A stretch of DNA of 32,000 bases from Candidatus Saccharimonadota bacterium (GTDB taxonomy: Bacteria; Patescibacteriota; Gracilibacteria; BD1-5; UBA2023), in NCBI GenBank assembly GCA_963706795.1, contig OY970170.1, forward strand, positions 510,001-542,000, given 5' to 3'. Below are positions 1 through 11,205 of the stretch, one piece after another (the stretch's first letter is position 1; each line of letters opens with the position of its first letter). The position numbers and the translations under genes were made by a program. Below the pieces are notes generated by a model. The model was not told where the DNA came from. It made no database searches and saw only the letters and a program-made list of their open reading frames with translations.

Positions 1-62
1 CGAACCTGAGCGACTGCCGACTTTCGGCGTCCTACAGCGTAGAAATACTTGAGAGCTGTCAT
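1..62 (-). CDS. rpsI: 30S ribosomal protein S9, N-terminal fragment (runs off the window start)
   Basis: ATG is the reverse complement of 60-62. It translates to MTALKYFYAVGRRKSAVAQVR, the conserved S9 N-terminus. It lies directly downstream of rplM, as in rplM-rpsI operons. Confidence 0.75.
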   Translation of the reverse strand, partial: MTALKYFYAVGRRKSAVAQV

Positions 63-71
63 AAAAAGAGA

Positions 72-503
72 CTAGATAGAGAGAGTTTCAGGTTGTTGTG
101 CAGCATACTGATGTTCAGTACCTACTTCGAGCTTCAGACGTTGAATCATCGTAGAACGGTGAGAGTTCTTTGGGAGCATTCCAGAAACTGCATGGCGAAG
201 AACCTCAGTAGGCTTTTTAACGCGCATTCGTTCGAGAGGAACTTCCTTGAGACCACCCATGTATTGTGAGTGAGATCGGTAGAGCTTCTGCTCTTCCTTA
301 GAACCAGTAACCGCAACCTTCCCTGCATTGAGAACTACAACGTAGTCACCATTGTCAACGTGAGGAGCAAAGTCTACTTTATTCTTACCTTTAAGGTACG
401 TAGCGATCAATGTTGCGAGGCGACCGAGGGTCTTTCCTTCAGCATCGATGATGAACCACTTTCGGGCATCACCTTTGATCTGCTTTGGCATGAGTGTTTT
501 CAT
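72..503 (-). CDS. rplM: 50S ribosomal protein L13
   Basis: Intact 143-aa ORF with a clear L13 sequence. TAG stop at 72-74. No in-frame TGA. Confidence 0.95.
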   Translation of the reverse strand: MKTLMPKQIKGDARKWFIIDAEGKTLGRLATLIATYLKGKNKVDFAPHVDNGDYVVVLNAGKVAVTGSKEEQKLYRSHSQYMGGLKEVPLERMRVKKPTEVLRHAVSGMLPKNSHRSTMIQRLKLEVGTEHQYAAQQPETLSI

Positions 504-509
504 TGTGCT

Positions 510-869
510 TTATTTAACGAGTTCGAGTTTCACAACTTTTGCAGCATCACCATCACGATACTTGATCGCAGTGATACGAGTAAATCCAGAGGTCTGATCC
601 TTGAACTTTGGAGCAACATTGTTGAAGAGTTCAACAGAAGCAGCCTTAGTGAAAAGAATAGACATAACCTCACGGATAGCAACCATCTCATTGTCGCTAT
701 TAGCAACATTTATAAGACGATCGATTTCTCCGACGATAGCATTTGCTTGCTTCTCAGTTGTCGTGATTGACTTGTGAGTGAAGAAGCTCGTCAAAAGATT
801 GCGAAGCACAGCAGAGCGGTGGTCTTTATCTTTTGTGTGGAATTTTACTTTTTTAACGCGGTGTCGCAT
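510..869 (-). CDS. rplQ: 50S ribosomal protein L17
   Basis: Intact 119-aa ORF (MRHRVKKVKF...), typical L17, located downstream of rpoA. Confidence 0.95.
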   Translation of the reverse strand: MRHRVKKVKFHTKDKDHRSAVLRNLLTSFFTHKSITTTEKQANAIVGEIDRLINVANSDNEMVAIREVMSILFTKAASVELFNNVAPKFKDQTSGFTRITAIKYRDGDAAKVVKLELVK

Positions 870-892
870 AGTATGGTGATTTTGAAAACTTT

Positions 893-1891
893 TTAGTCGT
901 CTCCGAGGAGTTTGAGTCCACGCTCACGAAGTGCGTCGCGGACTTCTGTCATTGCCTTCTTTCCGAATCCCTTGATCGAAGAGAGCTTTGCTTCTGTACA
1001 CTTTGTAAGCTGCTCGATGGAGAGAATCTCACCATTAACGAGAGCATTGAGTGTACGAGGAGAAAGTCCGATGATTTCAATAGGAGTATAGGTTTCTTTT
1101 TCGAGATCAGCTTTGATTTCTTGTTTTTCTTTTTCGAGGATTTCCTTGATATCTCCGATGAATGAACCTTCTACCTGAAGACCTTCTTCGTTGAAGATTC
1201 CAAAGTAAGAAGTGAGCATGTCACCTGAAAATCTAAGAACTTCTTCAGGAGTCATGATTCCGTTTGTGGCAATAACCATTTCGAGTGCATCGAGATTGGT
1301 CATTTCACCTACACGCTGAGACTTTACTTCGTACTTTACTGAGAGAACTGGAGAGAAGTTTGCATCGATGAGGAGTACATTCACGTCTTCTTCGCGCTCT
1401 TTGAGAACATCAACTCCGAGGTAACCAACTGATTTTTCAACGCGGATACTCATGTCGAGCTCGAATCCATCGCGGTCAATTTCAGTGATATAGAGATCAG
1501 GATTCTGAATCTTTACATTAGAGCTTGCTTTGATGTCCTTTGCGCTAACAACTCCTGCCTTTGATTTTACGATGTGGATCCATTCCATATCAGTTCCGCT
1601 CATAGAAACCACGAGGCCCTTGAGATTGAGGAGGATGTCGAGTACTGAATTCTTGATTCCTGGGATTGTAGAGTATTCGTGACCGATTCCCTTGATCTTA
1701 ACTCCGGTAACTCGGCAGCCTGGGATCGAAGAGAGCATCACCCGACGAAGAGAGTTTCCAATAGTTACGCCGTATCCTGAAGGAAGTGGCTGAACCGTGA
1801 ACTTCGCTTCATGAATACCCGTCGTCTCCTGGAGAATCTTTGGTACGCCGATGAGATTGTGGATGATGTGCATAGAAGAATGATGAGACAA
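893..1891 (-). CDS. rpoA: DNA-directed RNA polymerase alpha subunit
   Basis: Intact 332-aa ORF with an N-terminal assembly domain (GNSLRRVMLSSIPG) and a C-terminal HhH domain (LSPRTLNAL). Conserved position between rpsD and rplQ. Confidence 0.95.
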   Translation of the reverse strand: MSHHSSMHIIHNLIGVPKILQETTGIHEAKFTVQPLPSGYGVTIGNSLRRVMLSSIPGCRVTGVKIKGIGHEYSTIPGIKNSVLDILLNLKGLVVSMSGTDMEWIHIVKSKAGVVSAKDIKASSNVKIQNPDLYITEIDRDGFELDMSIRVEKSVGYLGVDVLKEREEDVNVLLIDANFSPVLSVKYEVKSQRVGEMTNLDALEMVIATNGIMTPEEVLRFSGDMLTSYFGIFNEEGLQVEGSFIGDIKEILEKEKQEIKADLEKETYTPIEIIGLSPRTLNALVNGEILSIEQLTKCTEAKLSSIKGFGKKAMTEVRDALRERGLKLLGDD

Positions 1892-1915
1892 GTAGCAGAG
1901 AGAATGCCCTTGAGA

Positions 1916-2542
1916 TTATTTCGAGTAGAATTCGATGATCTTTTGGATGTCGATAGAACGGTCGAAATCTTCTTTTGCTGGGAGAGCCTTAACAGTAATT
2001 GTGAGCTTTGAAGCATTTACTTCGAGCCACTTAGAGTTAGTAACTGCACCGCTTGAATTCGTTTTCATGAATTCTTCGAACTCAGAGATGAGGGTCTTGT
2101 AGATTGGAGACTCCTTCATCTTTTCGCGAAGTTCGATAACGTCACCAACTGCAACCTGGTATGAAGGGATGTTTACCTTTTTACCATTTACAATGAAGTG
2201 AGCGTGACCTACGAACTGGCGAGCCTGCATAATTGTGCGGGCGAAGCTTGCTCGGTAGATAACGTTGTCGAGACGACCTTCGAGGAATGAGAGCATGTTG
2301 TCTCCGGTAACCCCCTGCATTCGCACTGCTCGCTTGTAGTAGGCTGAAAATTGACGCTCAGTAATACCGAACATACGCTTTGCAGTCTGCTTCTTGCGGA
2401 GCTGAACTCCGAATCCAGAAGTCTTTCCGAATTTAGAACCGAGAGGCTTTCGGTGATTCTGTGAGAGGTCATACTTCTCCGACCCGAAGAGGTTGATTCC
2501 TTCACGGCGGCAGAGTTTTGTCTTTGGACCAGTATATCGCAT
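1916..2542 (-). CDS. rpsD: 30S ribosomal protein S4
   Basis: Intact 208-aa ORF (MRYTGPKTKLCRREG...), with the canonical S4 N-terminus and S4 RNA-binding domain. Confidence 0.95.
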   Translation of the reverse strand: MRYTGPKTKLCRREGINLFGSEKYDLSQNHRKPLGSKFGKTSGFGVQLRKKQTAKRMFGITERQFSAYYKRAVRMQGVTGDNMLSFLEGRLDNVIYRASFARTIMQARQFVGHAHFIVNGKKVNIPSYQVAVGDVIELREKMKESPIYKTLISEFEEFMKTNSSGAVTNSKWLEVNASKLTITVKALPAKEDFDRSIDIQKIIEFYSK

Positions 2543-2557
2543 ACGAAACGAGAATAA

Positions 2558-2947
2558 TTAGAGTTTTCGAATTTTTTTCTTGCGGCACCCATTGTGTGGG
2601 ATTGGAGTAATGTCGAAGATTGCCTGAAGATCAACTCCAGCATTTACGACACCACGAATTGCCTGCTCGCGTCCTGCGCCGATTCCTCGAACGTAGACGG
2701 TTGCTCGTTCGAGACCGTGAAGGGTTTTTGCCTTAGAAACAGCGTTTTCGCTTGTGATCTGTGCAGCGTACGGAGTTGCCTCACGTGCTCCACGGAATCC
2801 CGCGCTTCCACCTGTTGCCCAAGTAAGAACGTTTCCTTCCTTGTCAGAAACAACGACGTGTGTGTTGTTGAGAGTAGCCGTAACGGAGATAACTCCCTCA
2901 ACGACATTCTTTCGAGTTTTTTTACTTCTCTTAAGTACAGTAGCCAT
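2558..2947 (-). CDS. rpsK: 30S ribosomal protein S11
   Basis: Intact 129-aa ORF, S11 family (GFRGAREATPYAAQ). Confidence 0.95.
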   Translation of the reverse strand: MATVLKRSKKTRKNVVEGVISVTATLNNTHVVVSDKEGNVLTWATGGSAGFRGAREATPYAAQITSENAVSKAKTLHGLERATVYVRGIGAGREQAIRGVVNAGVDLQAIFDITPIPHNGCRKKKIRKL

Positions 2948-2962
2948 AAAAACAGAGATTGA

Positions 2963-3328
2963 TTATTTCTTCTTGTTTGCAATTGCAACCGCTTTCCCCT
3001 TACGAGTACGAGCGTTTGTCTTCGTGCGCTGTCCGCGAACTGGAAGACGCTTCTTGTGGCGCTGTCCGCGGTAAGAATTGATTTCCTGGAGACGCTTGAT
3101 GTTTTGCTGAATTTCTCGTCGAAGGTCACCCTCGATAAGATAATTCTTAAGTTCTTCACGAATTGCGTCGAGCTCGGTCTCAGAGAGTGAGTCGATCTTT
3201 CGCGTCTTTTCGATCTCGAGCTTTTCGAGAATAGTGACAGCAAGAGAGCGTCCGACACCAAAGATGTACATGAGCGCAATTTCTGCGTGTTTTCCAGTTG
3301 GAAGGTTTACTCCGGCAATTCGAGCCAT
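2963..3328 (-). CDS. rpsM: 30S ribosomal protein S13
   Basis: Intact 121-aa ORF ([10 protein letters not shown]...), canonical S13. Confidence 0.95.
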   Translation of the reverse strand: MARIAGVNLPTGKHAEIALMYIFGVGRSLAVTILEKLEIEKTRKIDSLSETELDAIREELKNYLIEGDLRREIQQNIKRLQEINSYRGQRHKKRLPVRGQRTKTNARTRKGKAVAIANKKK

Positions 3329-3373
3329 GGAAGGTTTACAATACGAAAAATAAAAAAATCGAGAGGTCTCGAG

Positions 3374-3487
3374 TTATCCCTGTCGCTGTTTATGCTTAGG
3401 ATTCTCACAGATCACTCGTACTACGCCCTTTCGGCGGATAATTGCGCACTTGTCGCAGATCTTCTTCACTGATGGTCGGACTTTCAT
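3374..3487 (-). CDS. rpmJ: 50S ribosomal protein L36
   Basis: Absent from the ORF track because it is too short. Hand translation gives [37 protein letters not shown] with TAA at 3374-3376. It sits between infA and rpsM as expected. Confidence 0.9.
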   Translation of the reverse strand: MKVRPSVKKICDKCAIIRRKGVVRVICENPKHKQRQG

Positions 3488-3490
3488 GTC

Positions 3491-3718
3491 TTATTTTTTT
3501 CGAAATACGATGCGCCCTTTTGTGAGATCATACGGTGTCAAATGAACGAGTACCGTATCTCCTACCATGAGGCTAATATAATGTTTACGCATTTTCCCTG
3601 AGATGTATGCCTGTATGACATTCCCCCCGAAATCTTCGGGAAGTTTGACTTCAAAAATAGCTCCTGGAAGTGTGTTGATGATAGTTCCTTCCACTTCTAT
3701 ATTGTCTTCTTTTGGCAT
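3491..3718 (-). CDS. infA: Translation initiation factor IF-1
   Basis: Intact 75-aa ORF with an S1-like fold sequence ([17 protein letters not shown]). Confidence 0.95.
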   Translation of the reverse strand: MPKEDNIEVEGTIINTLPGAIFEVKLPEDFGGNVIQAYISGKMRKHYISLMVGDTVLVHLTPYDLTKGRIVFRKK

Positions 3719-3801
3719 ACTGGATGCGGGAAATCAGGGGGTTTAACGTAAAAATGAAGCTCGCCTATTGTATGGAAAACATTAGGTGGTGCAAATGTTT
3801 T

Positions 3802-4212
3802 TTAACGATTGTTATTTTGGATGTTTCGTTCGTTGATAACCTCACGTATTTTTTCATATACCTTCGGTTGTTTTTTGGAGAGTTCGATGATGGCGTAATC
3901 GACGATTACGAGGAGCAGAGTATCCTCTGTTGCTCTCACCGTTGCAAGGCGTCTCTTAGGTGCATTATCATCAAAGAGTGCCATCTCGCCCACCATGTCC
4001 CCTGCATAACTATTACCAAGAAGCTGTTCTCCGCTGCTTCGTTCGAGATAGACTCTGAGGCTACCGGATTTAACGATATACATCGCTGTGGCATCGTCTC
4101 ATTCGCGGAAGAGGACTTCTCAGGTTTTGAGAAGACGCTCCTGAGCAAAGAGTGAGACAGTATCTTTTTCGGCCTGTGAGAGCCCATCGAAGAGACTTAT
4201 TCAGTCGAGCAT
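3802..4212 (-). CDS. Stand-alone cyclic-nucleotide-binding domain protein (136 aa)
   Basis: Track fragment 3802..4083 extends upstream through TGA at 4099-4101, 4120-4122 and 4201-4203 to ATG 4210-4212. The joined N-terminus is MLD-G-ISLFDGLSQAEKDTVSLFAQERLLKT-G-EVLFRE-G-DDATAMYIVKSG, the classic cNMP-binding pattern with Gly at the TGA sites. No HTH or other effector domain is attached. Confidence 0.8.
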
Positions 4213-4229
4213 AGGATAGAAAAAAGGAA

Positions 4230-6761
4230 CTATTTTCGAGCTACCATCTTATATAATTCGAGCATATCTCCAACTTCGAGCTTGAGATCTCATTTAAATG
4301 TAATACCGCAGTCTTCTCCTGCCTCGATTTCATGGACATCGAGCGGACCAGTCTTGAGATTGGCAACTTCACCAGATCCGACTTTTTCGTTATTGCGAAT
4401 GACGCGGATTTTAGCGCGGTTTTCGATCTTTCCACTCGTCACTCCGAGACCGACGATAAACTTGTCCTTTCCTGAGTAGAAGATTGCCTTAACCACTGCG
4501 TGTCCGAGATCCATGTCATCAAATCGGAGGTCGACCATACCCGTAATGATGTTTTCGACTTTTTCAAGTACGTGGTAGATAACCTTTTTATCGATGAATT
4601 CGATCTTGGAATTGGCGAGTGTCTGGCGAGCGTGGATATTTACTCCGACGTTGTAGGCAATCAGAAGCGCCTGAGACGTTCCGGCCATAAGAACATCTGA
4701 GTCATTGATTTCTCCGACTCCCGAGTGAATAAATGTTACCTGTGTTTCTGAAGTCGAGAGCTTGACGAGCGCGCTCTTGAGAGCCTCGAGTGAACCATTG
4801 GAGTCACACTTAATAACGATCTTGAGCTGCTTGAGCGCACCTGATTTGATACGCGTCAGGAGCATATTGAGCGAAGCACCTTCGAAATTGTGGATACTCT
4901 TCTGTCCCTTCGCAAGCTCAAATTCATGAGCCTTTGTTTGAGAAGTGACCGCATCAGGCATTACCTGGAGAATATCTCCACCTTCTACGACTTTTGAGAG
5001 TCCCATTACCTGTACTGGTACTGATGGACCTGCTTCGTCGATATTTTTACCGCGGTAGTCCTTGAGGCCTCGTACACGTCCATAAGCACTTGCACATACA
5101 ACGTAGTCACCCTTTTTGAGGGTACCTGCATTAATGAGGATGGTTGCAAGTGAACCGAGCTTTTGATCGAGGTGTGACTCAATAACCGTACCTACTGCGG
5201 GGCGAGTTGGGTGAGCCTTGAGATCCATGATATCCGTCGAGAGGATGATCATATCAAGAAGTGTTTCGATACCGAGACCTGTGTGTGCCGAAACCGGAAC
5301 CATAACGGTATCTCCTCCCCAATCTTCTGGTTGAAGTCCATGTTCAGCCATCTGACCGCGGATGAGATCGAGATTCGCACCTGGCTTATCCATCTTGTTG
5401 ACAGCAATCACCATTGGTACATTTGCAGCCTTTGCATGATTGATAGACTCGATTGTCTGAGGCTTCATTCCTTCGTCTGCAGCGATAACGATGACCGCGA
5501 GATCCGTGAGCTTTGCACCACGCGAACGCATAATCGAAAAGGCCTCATGTCCTGGAGTATCGAGGAAGGTAATTTTCTTCCCATTTCGCTCTACCTGGTA
5601 TGCACCGATCTTTTGCGTGATTCCTCCGGCTTCACCTGAAGCGACCGAAGTCTTACGGATGTAGTCGAGGATGGAAGTCTTTCCGTGGTCGACGTGTCCC
5701 ATGATCGAGATGATCGGAGCACGAGTCTCCATCTTTTCTGGATCGTCATTTTTGAGGAGTTCTGCAGTATTTCCCTGCATAATATCCGATACCGAAGCCT
5801 CTGTAGAATGTTCTCGAGTAACTTTTACCTGAAATACTTCTCCGATAAGAAAACACGTATCAAAGTCGATCTTGGTATTGAGATTCGTCATCATTCCGTT
5901 CTTCATGAGCTCTCCGATGATCTTCGGGAGTGGAACTCCGATCTTTTCTGAGAATTCTTTTACTGCGAGCATCTCTGGGATCGCTATCTCCTGACCCGTC
6001 TTGTCGGTAAGGATCTGTTTAATATCTGAGTCAGATTTATCACGACGATCTCCGCCAGTAAATTTTTTACCGCGTCGGAATTTACCATCGTCTTCTGGAG
6101 CAGACTGAGTGCGAAGACCCTTCTTTCCAGCTTTGAATCCTTCACCAGCACCGCCAGTACCTGTTTTTTTACCAACGGGGAGTGAATTACGTCCGCGCTT
6201 TGGAGCATTTTGATGACTCTTTGCGTACTGCGCAAGACGATTAGCATTGGGTCCAGCTCATGCAGCAGGTGTTTGTGTGCCAGAAGCAGGAGGCTTTGTA
6301 TCTGGTCGTTTTGTAGTATCAAATTTTGGCGCTGCCTCAAAAGTGATGCGAGGTGCACGATTTTTTACCTTAAATCCACGATCTTGAAGAAGCGGGTTAG
6401 TGAAGGTTTTTGGTGCAGCGGGCTTTGGAGCCTCAGGACGATTTCCTTCAGGACGGCGCTGTTCTGTGCGAACTGGCGGGCGTGGAGCCTGTGGTGGGCG
6501 AGCAACAACCTTTGGAGCCGCTTCAAACGAAATAATCGGACGGAATGAATCCGTCTTTTTTGGAGTTTCGGGAACGGGAGCTGGAACAGAAGCTGCTGGC
6601 GCAGGGGTTTCTGGACGTGATGCTTCTGGTGCTTCTACTGGATCATTAGGCTTTTTTGCCTTGATCTTGAGCTTGAGACCAGATTTTTTCTCACCCTCTC
6701 ATTCAGAAGAGGCCTTTGGTACACTCGAATAGTAATCGTCGAAATTCGTCGTTTGGGTCAT
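4230..6761 (-). CDS. infB: Translation initiation factor IF-2 (843 aa)
   Basis: Track fragment 4290..5972 holds the GTPase motifs ([20 protein letters not shown]). It reads through TGA 4290-4292 to TAG 4230-4232 ([25 protein letters not shown]). It reads upstream through TGA 6258-6260 and 6699-6701 to ATG 6759-6761. The N-terminal region is Pro/Ala/Lys-rich, as usual for IF-2. Confidence 0.9.
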
Positions 6762-6862
6762 AACAATCAGGAAATTTTTCGCACTAGTATACGCTTTGAG
6801 CGCAAATGTCAAAGAGAAGGGCAACTACAAGATGAATTGCTCAAGGAGGAAGAAGATGTCTT

Positions 6863-7183
6863 TTATCGAAAAGTATACAGGGTTCCGAGCATCTTTCGGA
6901 GTCTAAAAATCCGCACCGGAAAGGGATCTGTCGTTTTCTCGAGATAGAGTATAGCCTCTTTTGAGAGATTTGCACCTGTAATTTCCCAAGTGTGTTCTGT
7001 GGCATTAAAGACACCAGCTATACCATCGGCGATCTTAATACCATTTTCTCGCTTACCGTCTTTGACCGCAAACATCTGGTGCATGATATGATCGACATAA
7101 AAGAGGTCGAGACTGTATTTCATGGCCTCTTTTGGGGATTCGCGAGATTCGGCTAGGCCTCTTGTCTTGAATTGTTCAGACAT
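6863..7183 (-). CDS. Hypothetical protein (106 aa)
   Basis: ORF with ATG at 7181-7183 (MSEQFKTRGLAE...) and TAA at 6863-6865. The track's longer TTG start at 7231 would run into the upstream terminator. No recognisable motifs. Confidence 0.45.
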   Translation of the reverse strand: MSEQFKTRGLAESRESPKEAMKYSLDLFYVDHIMHQMFAVKDGKRENGIKIADGIAGVFNATEHTWEITGANLSKEAILYLEKTTDPFPVRIFRLRKMLGTLYTFR

Positions 7184-7273
7184 GTTTAAATATGAGTTAT
7201 ACGTAGTGTAGTCACAAGCGCAAGAATGCAAGTGAATAGCAAAACCAATATTACATCAGGAAGCATTAAAAAA

Positions 7274-7300
7274 GTCACCGCCTGAGGCGGTGACTTTTTT
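7274..7300. terminator. Intrinsic terminator hairpin, usable on both strands
   Basis: Stem gtcaccgcc / ggcggtgac with loop tga, flanked by an A-run and a T-run. It follows the peroxiredoxin gene on the minus strand. Confidence 0.6.
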
Positions 7301-7308
7301 AAATATTT

Positions 7309-7920
7309 CTATCGAAGTTGTTCTGCAACTTCTCCTGCGATCTTAATAGAAGGAGTGAGAGTCTTCGATCCCTGCTTCCAGCGTGCTGGACAGGCAGTAC
7401 CTGGATTAGAGGCCATATACTGAAGTGCTTCGATCTTGCGAATGAGCTCTTCACTGCTGCGTCCGAGTGGTCCGCTTGTGACTTCGATCACTCGGACGAT
7501 TCCCTCTGGATCAATAACGAATGTTCCACGTGATGCAACACCAGAGACGTGATCATAGATATTATATGAGTCTGCAACTACACCCGTGTGATCGGCGAGC
7601 ATGAGATATGGGAAGTCCTTCATGAGACCTTCGTGTTTTACCCAAGCACGGTGTGAAAATACCGTGTCAGTCGAAGCTGCGAGGATGGTTACCCCGAGTT
7701 CGTCGAATTTTGATTTCATATCTGCCATATCCTTGAGTTCTGTAGGACATACAAATGTGAAGTCTGCTGGGTAGTAGAAGAGGACTGACCACTTCCCCCC
7801 AAGATCTTCGAGATTAATCTGTACTGTATCGTCCTTGAGCGGATCGTATGCTGGGAGATCAAAAGCTGGCGCCGCTGTGTCAATTTTGACCATTTCATAG
7901 CCGAATTCTACGTCGTTCAT
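7309..7920 (-). CDS. Peroxiredoxin (AhpC/TSA family, 2-Cys type)
   Basis: Intact 203-aa ORF with the peroxidatic motif FTFVCPTE and a C-terminal Cys (GTACPARW). Confidence 0.9.
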   Translation of the reverse strand: MNDVEFGYEMVKIDTAAPAFDLPAYDPLKDDTVQINLEDLGGKWSVLFYYPADFTFVCPTELKDMADMKSKFDELGVTILAASTDTVFSHRAWVKHEGLMKDFPYLMLADHTGVVADSYNIYDHVSGVASRGTFVIDPEGIVRVIEVTSGPLGRSSEELIRKIEALQYMASNPGTACPARWKQGSKTLTPSIKIAGEVAEQLR

Positions 7921-8022
7921 ATATTTGAAATTTAAGAATTAGAACCGAGAATCGTAGCAGGAAATCATTTTGAAGCAAATCGATTTTGCCTCTTGCGGCA
8001 GTTTCGTAGAATACGGCCCTAT

Positions 8023-8769
8023 ATGAATACGCAAAAAATCCCCCCTGTACTCTCGCTTGACGGAGTACGTAAGACACTCAACAAAAAAGAAATCCTCCAC
8101 GGAGTATCGCTCAGTGTAGCAGAGGGCGAAGTTTTTGGCTTCCTCGGGCCTAATGGCGCAGGTAAGACTACCACGATGAAATGTATTCTCGGACTCCTTA
8201 AGCTCGATAATGGATCAATTCAAATCTTGGGCGAGAATGGGCTGACACTCGAGGCAAAAAAGCAGATTGGTTTTATGCCAGAGAATACCTATCTCTACAA
8301 ATATCTCACGGGTCGTGAATTTTTGAGATTTAATGGTCGATTCTTTGATATCCCAAAAGATGAGCTCGAGACGCGGATCGACGAACTCATCGAGCGTGTC
8401 GGGCTCGGACATGGCAAAGACAAGCTTTTAGCACAATATTCCAAGGGGATGCTCCAGCGCATTGGACTCGCACAGGCGATCATCAATAAACCAAAGATTG
8501 TTTTCCTCGACGAGCCTATGAGTGGTCTTGATCCGATTGGGCGCAAGATGGTTAAGGACCTCATGCTCGATCTCAAAAAATTAGGAACGACAATCTTCTT
8601 TAATACGCATATTCTCTCTGACGTGGAGAGTATCTGTGACCACTTTGCCATCATCCATTTTGGCAATATTGTTGCCGATGAATACGTAAAAAATCTCACA
8701 AAGCCCCTTGAAACCTACTTCATCGAAAAAATCGAAGGTTCGGCAGAAGGAATTGGAAACGTGATTTAA
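8023..8769 (+). CDS. ABC transporter ATP-binding protein
   Basis: Walker A GPNGAGKTT, signature-like YSKGMLQR, Walker B IVFLDEP. I prefer ATG 8023 over the track's TTG 7993. No permease gene is adjacent. Confidence 0.85.
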   Translation: MNTQKIPPVLSLDGVRKTLNKKEILHGVSLSVAEGEVFGFLGPNGAGKTTTMKCILGLLKLDNGSIQILGENGLTLEAKKQIGFMPENTYLYKYLTGREFLRFNGRFFDIPKDELETRIDELIERVGLGHGKDKLLAQYSKGMLQRIGLAQAIINKPKIVFLDEPMSGLDPIGRKMVKDLMLDLKKLGTTIFFNTHILSDVESICDHFAIIHFGNIVADEYVKNLTKPLETYFIEKIEGSAEGIGNVI

Positions 8770-8786
8770 ATACTCAGTTTACGACT

Positions 8787-9416
8787 ATGTCACCTCATAT
8801 GTCATCACAGAACTTTTTGATAGCGCTCGATCTCGATGAGACACTCGCTGCGACATTTCACGCCGTATTTGAATACGGAAAAGCAAAATATAACTGGAAT
8901 GTTTCGCACGAAGATATCACCATCCATGACTGGTGGACGCTTCCAGAGTTAGGAATCACTCAGGAACAATGATATGCGCTCTTTGACGAATATTTTGAAC
9001 GCGATCTTGGCGATCATAGTATTGGGATTATTGACGGAGCCCGCGAAGGCGTTCGCACGCTCATTGAGATGTGAGCTATTCCCCACATCGTCACTGCCCG
9101 TAATGAACAAGTTCGCAGCAAAGCCACGCAAAACTGGACTATGCGAAATATTCCCGAGATCGTTCATGGTGAGCACATCCATTATACTAATCATTATGAA
9201 GGCCCTAAAAAGCCAAACAAATGAGAGGTGTGTCGCAATATCGGAGCTACTATTCTCGTAGATGATAATCCCGAATTTCTTATTCATGCAGTTGAAGCAG
9301 GTATTACAGGAATCCTTCTTGAAAAGCCCTGGAATAAAAACTTCCCCGAAACTGCCGGAGTTATCCGAGTGGCACACTGGAGTGAAATACCAAACATTGT
9401 AGCTCGTCACATTTAA
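8787..9416 (+). CDS. HAD-superfamily hydrolase, 5'(3')-deoxyribonucleotidase-like
   Basis: Fragments 8787..8972 and 9228..9416 share a frame and join across TGA at 8970, 9069 and 9219 (approximate). HAD motif I is LDLDETL and motif IV is ILVDDNP. Confidence 0.7.
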
Positions 9417-9419
9417 AAT

Positions 9420-9842
9420 ATGTCATTCGATCATCCGCGTGTCTGAGTTGGAGTATTCGTTATTAAAAACGGAAAAATTCTCCTCTGAAAACGCAAAAGT
9501 AAGCATGGATTCGGAGAATGGGCACCACCTGGTGGTCACCTCGAACTCTGGGAAACCCCAGAAGAATGCGCAAAAAGAGAAGTATTCGAAGAAACAGGTA
9601 TCGTCCTTGAGAATATCATCCTCGGGCCATACACCAACAACTTTTTTAGAGATACAGGCAAGCACTATATTACCCTCTTTGCGGTAGCAGAATGTCCCGA
9701 AGATGCCGAACCAGTAAACACCGAGCCCGAAAAATGTGAATGATGGCAATGGCATGACTGGGATAACTTTCCTGAGCCACACTTCCCCGCAATACAGTCA
9801 CTCAAAAGTGTAGGTTTTAATCCTGTACACTACTACGACTAG
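9420..9842 (+). CDS. NUDIX hydrolase (140 aa)
   Basis: ATG 9420, three in-frame TGA (9444, 9486, 9741), TAG at 9840-9842. Nudix box [24 protein letters not shown]. The TGA sites give RV-G-VGVFV, ILL-G-KRK and KCE-G-WQW. The track shows only out-of-frame fragments here. Confidence 0.85.
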
Positions 9843-9878
9843 AGGGAGTTTGCATCATTTATTTTGCGAAGCGTATTT

Positions 9879-9917
9879 ATCTCGTATATTCTCAAGTCGC
9901 ATATACGAGATTTTATA
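9879..9917 (+). terminator. Intrinsic terminator after the Nudix gene
   Basis: Perfect 11-bp inverted repeat atctcgtatat / atatacgagat (9879-9889 and 9901-9911) followed by ttttat. Confidence 0.5.
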
Positions 9918-9939
9918 AATTCAAAGCACTTATTACGTC

Positions 9940-10983
<1,044 letters not shown>

Positions 10984-11205
10984 TTAGGCCTTGCGACAAT
11001 AGGTCGGAATGCTTCCACCATTTCGGTCGATTTGAGCTTCAGAACACACGGGTTTTTGGTTCTTTTCGTGTTCGACAGCACCAAAATAGAGGATAGCGGA
11101 GATTGCTGCGCCAACTGCCAAGCTACCAAAACCGAGTGGCTTTACATTCTTATCAATTCCAATGATTTCTTCAGAGGGAACATTGTGGGAGGATTCGGCT
11201 AACAT
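10984..11205 (-). CDS. Small hypothetical protein with one hydrophobic segment (73 aa)
   Basis: ORF with ATG 11203-11205 and TAA 10984-10986. Possible TM segment LGFGSLAVGAAISAILYFGAV. No homology recognised. Confidence 0.35.
   Translation of the reverse strand: MLAESSHNVPSEEIIGIDKNVKPLGFGSLAVGAAISAILYFGAVEHEKNQKPVCSEAQIDRNGGSIPTYCRKA

Noticed and set aside
2594-3279. Antisense or alternative-frame ORFs over the ribosomal protein genes (for example the 211-aa ORF 2644..3279, and 122-aa and 106-aa plus-strand ORFs)
   Set aside because: These are shadow ORFs overlapping unmistakable rpsK and rpsM coding sequence. Their composition is Ser/Arg/Leu-rich, typical of off-frame translation.
5984-6732. 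Track ORFs 5984..6358 (-), 6210..6548 (+) and 6400..6732 (+) upstream of the IF-2 GTPase fragment
   Set aside because: The infB reading frame continues through this region, with two UGA-Gly codons, to ATG 6759-6761. It encodes the usual low-complexity IF-2 N-terminus. The listed ORFs are off-frame.
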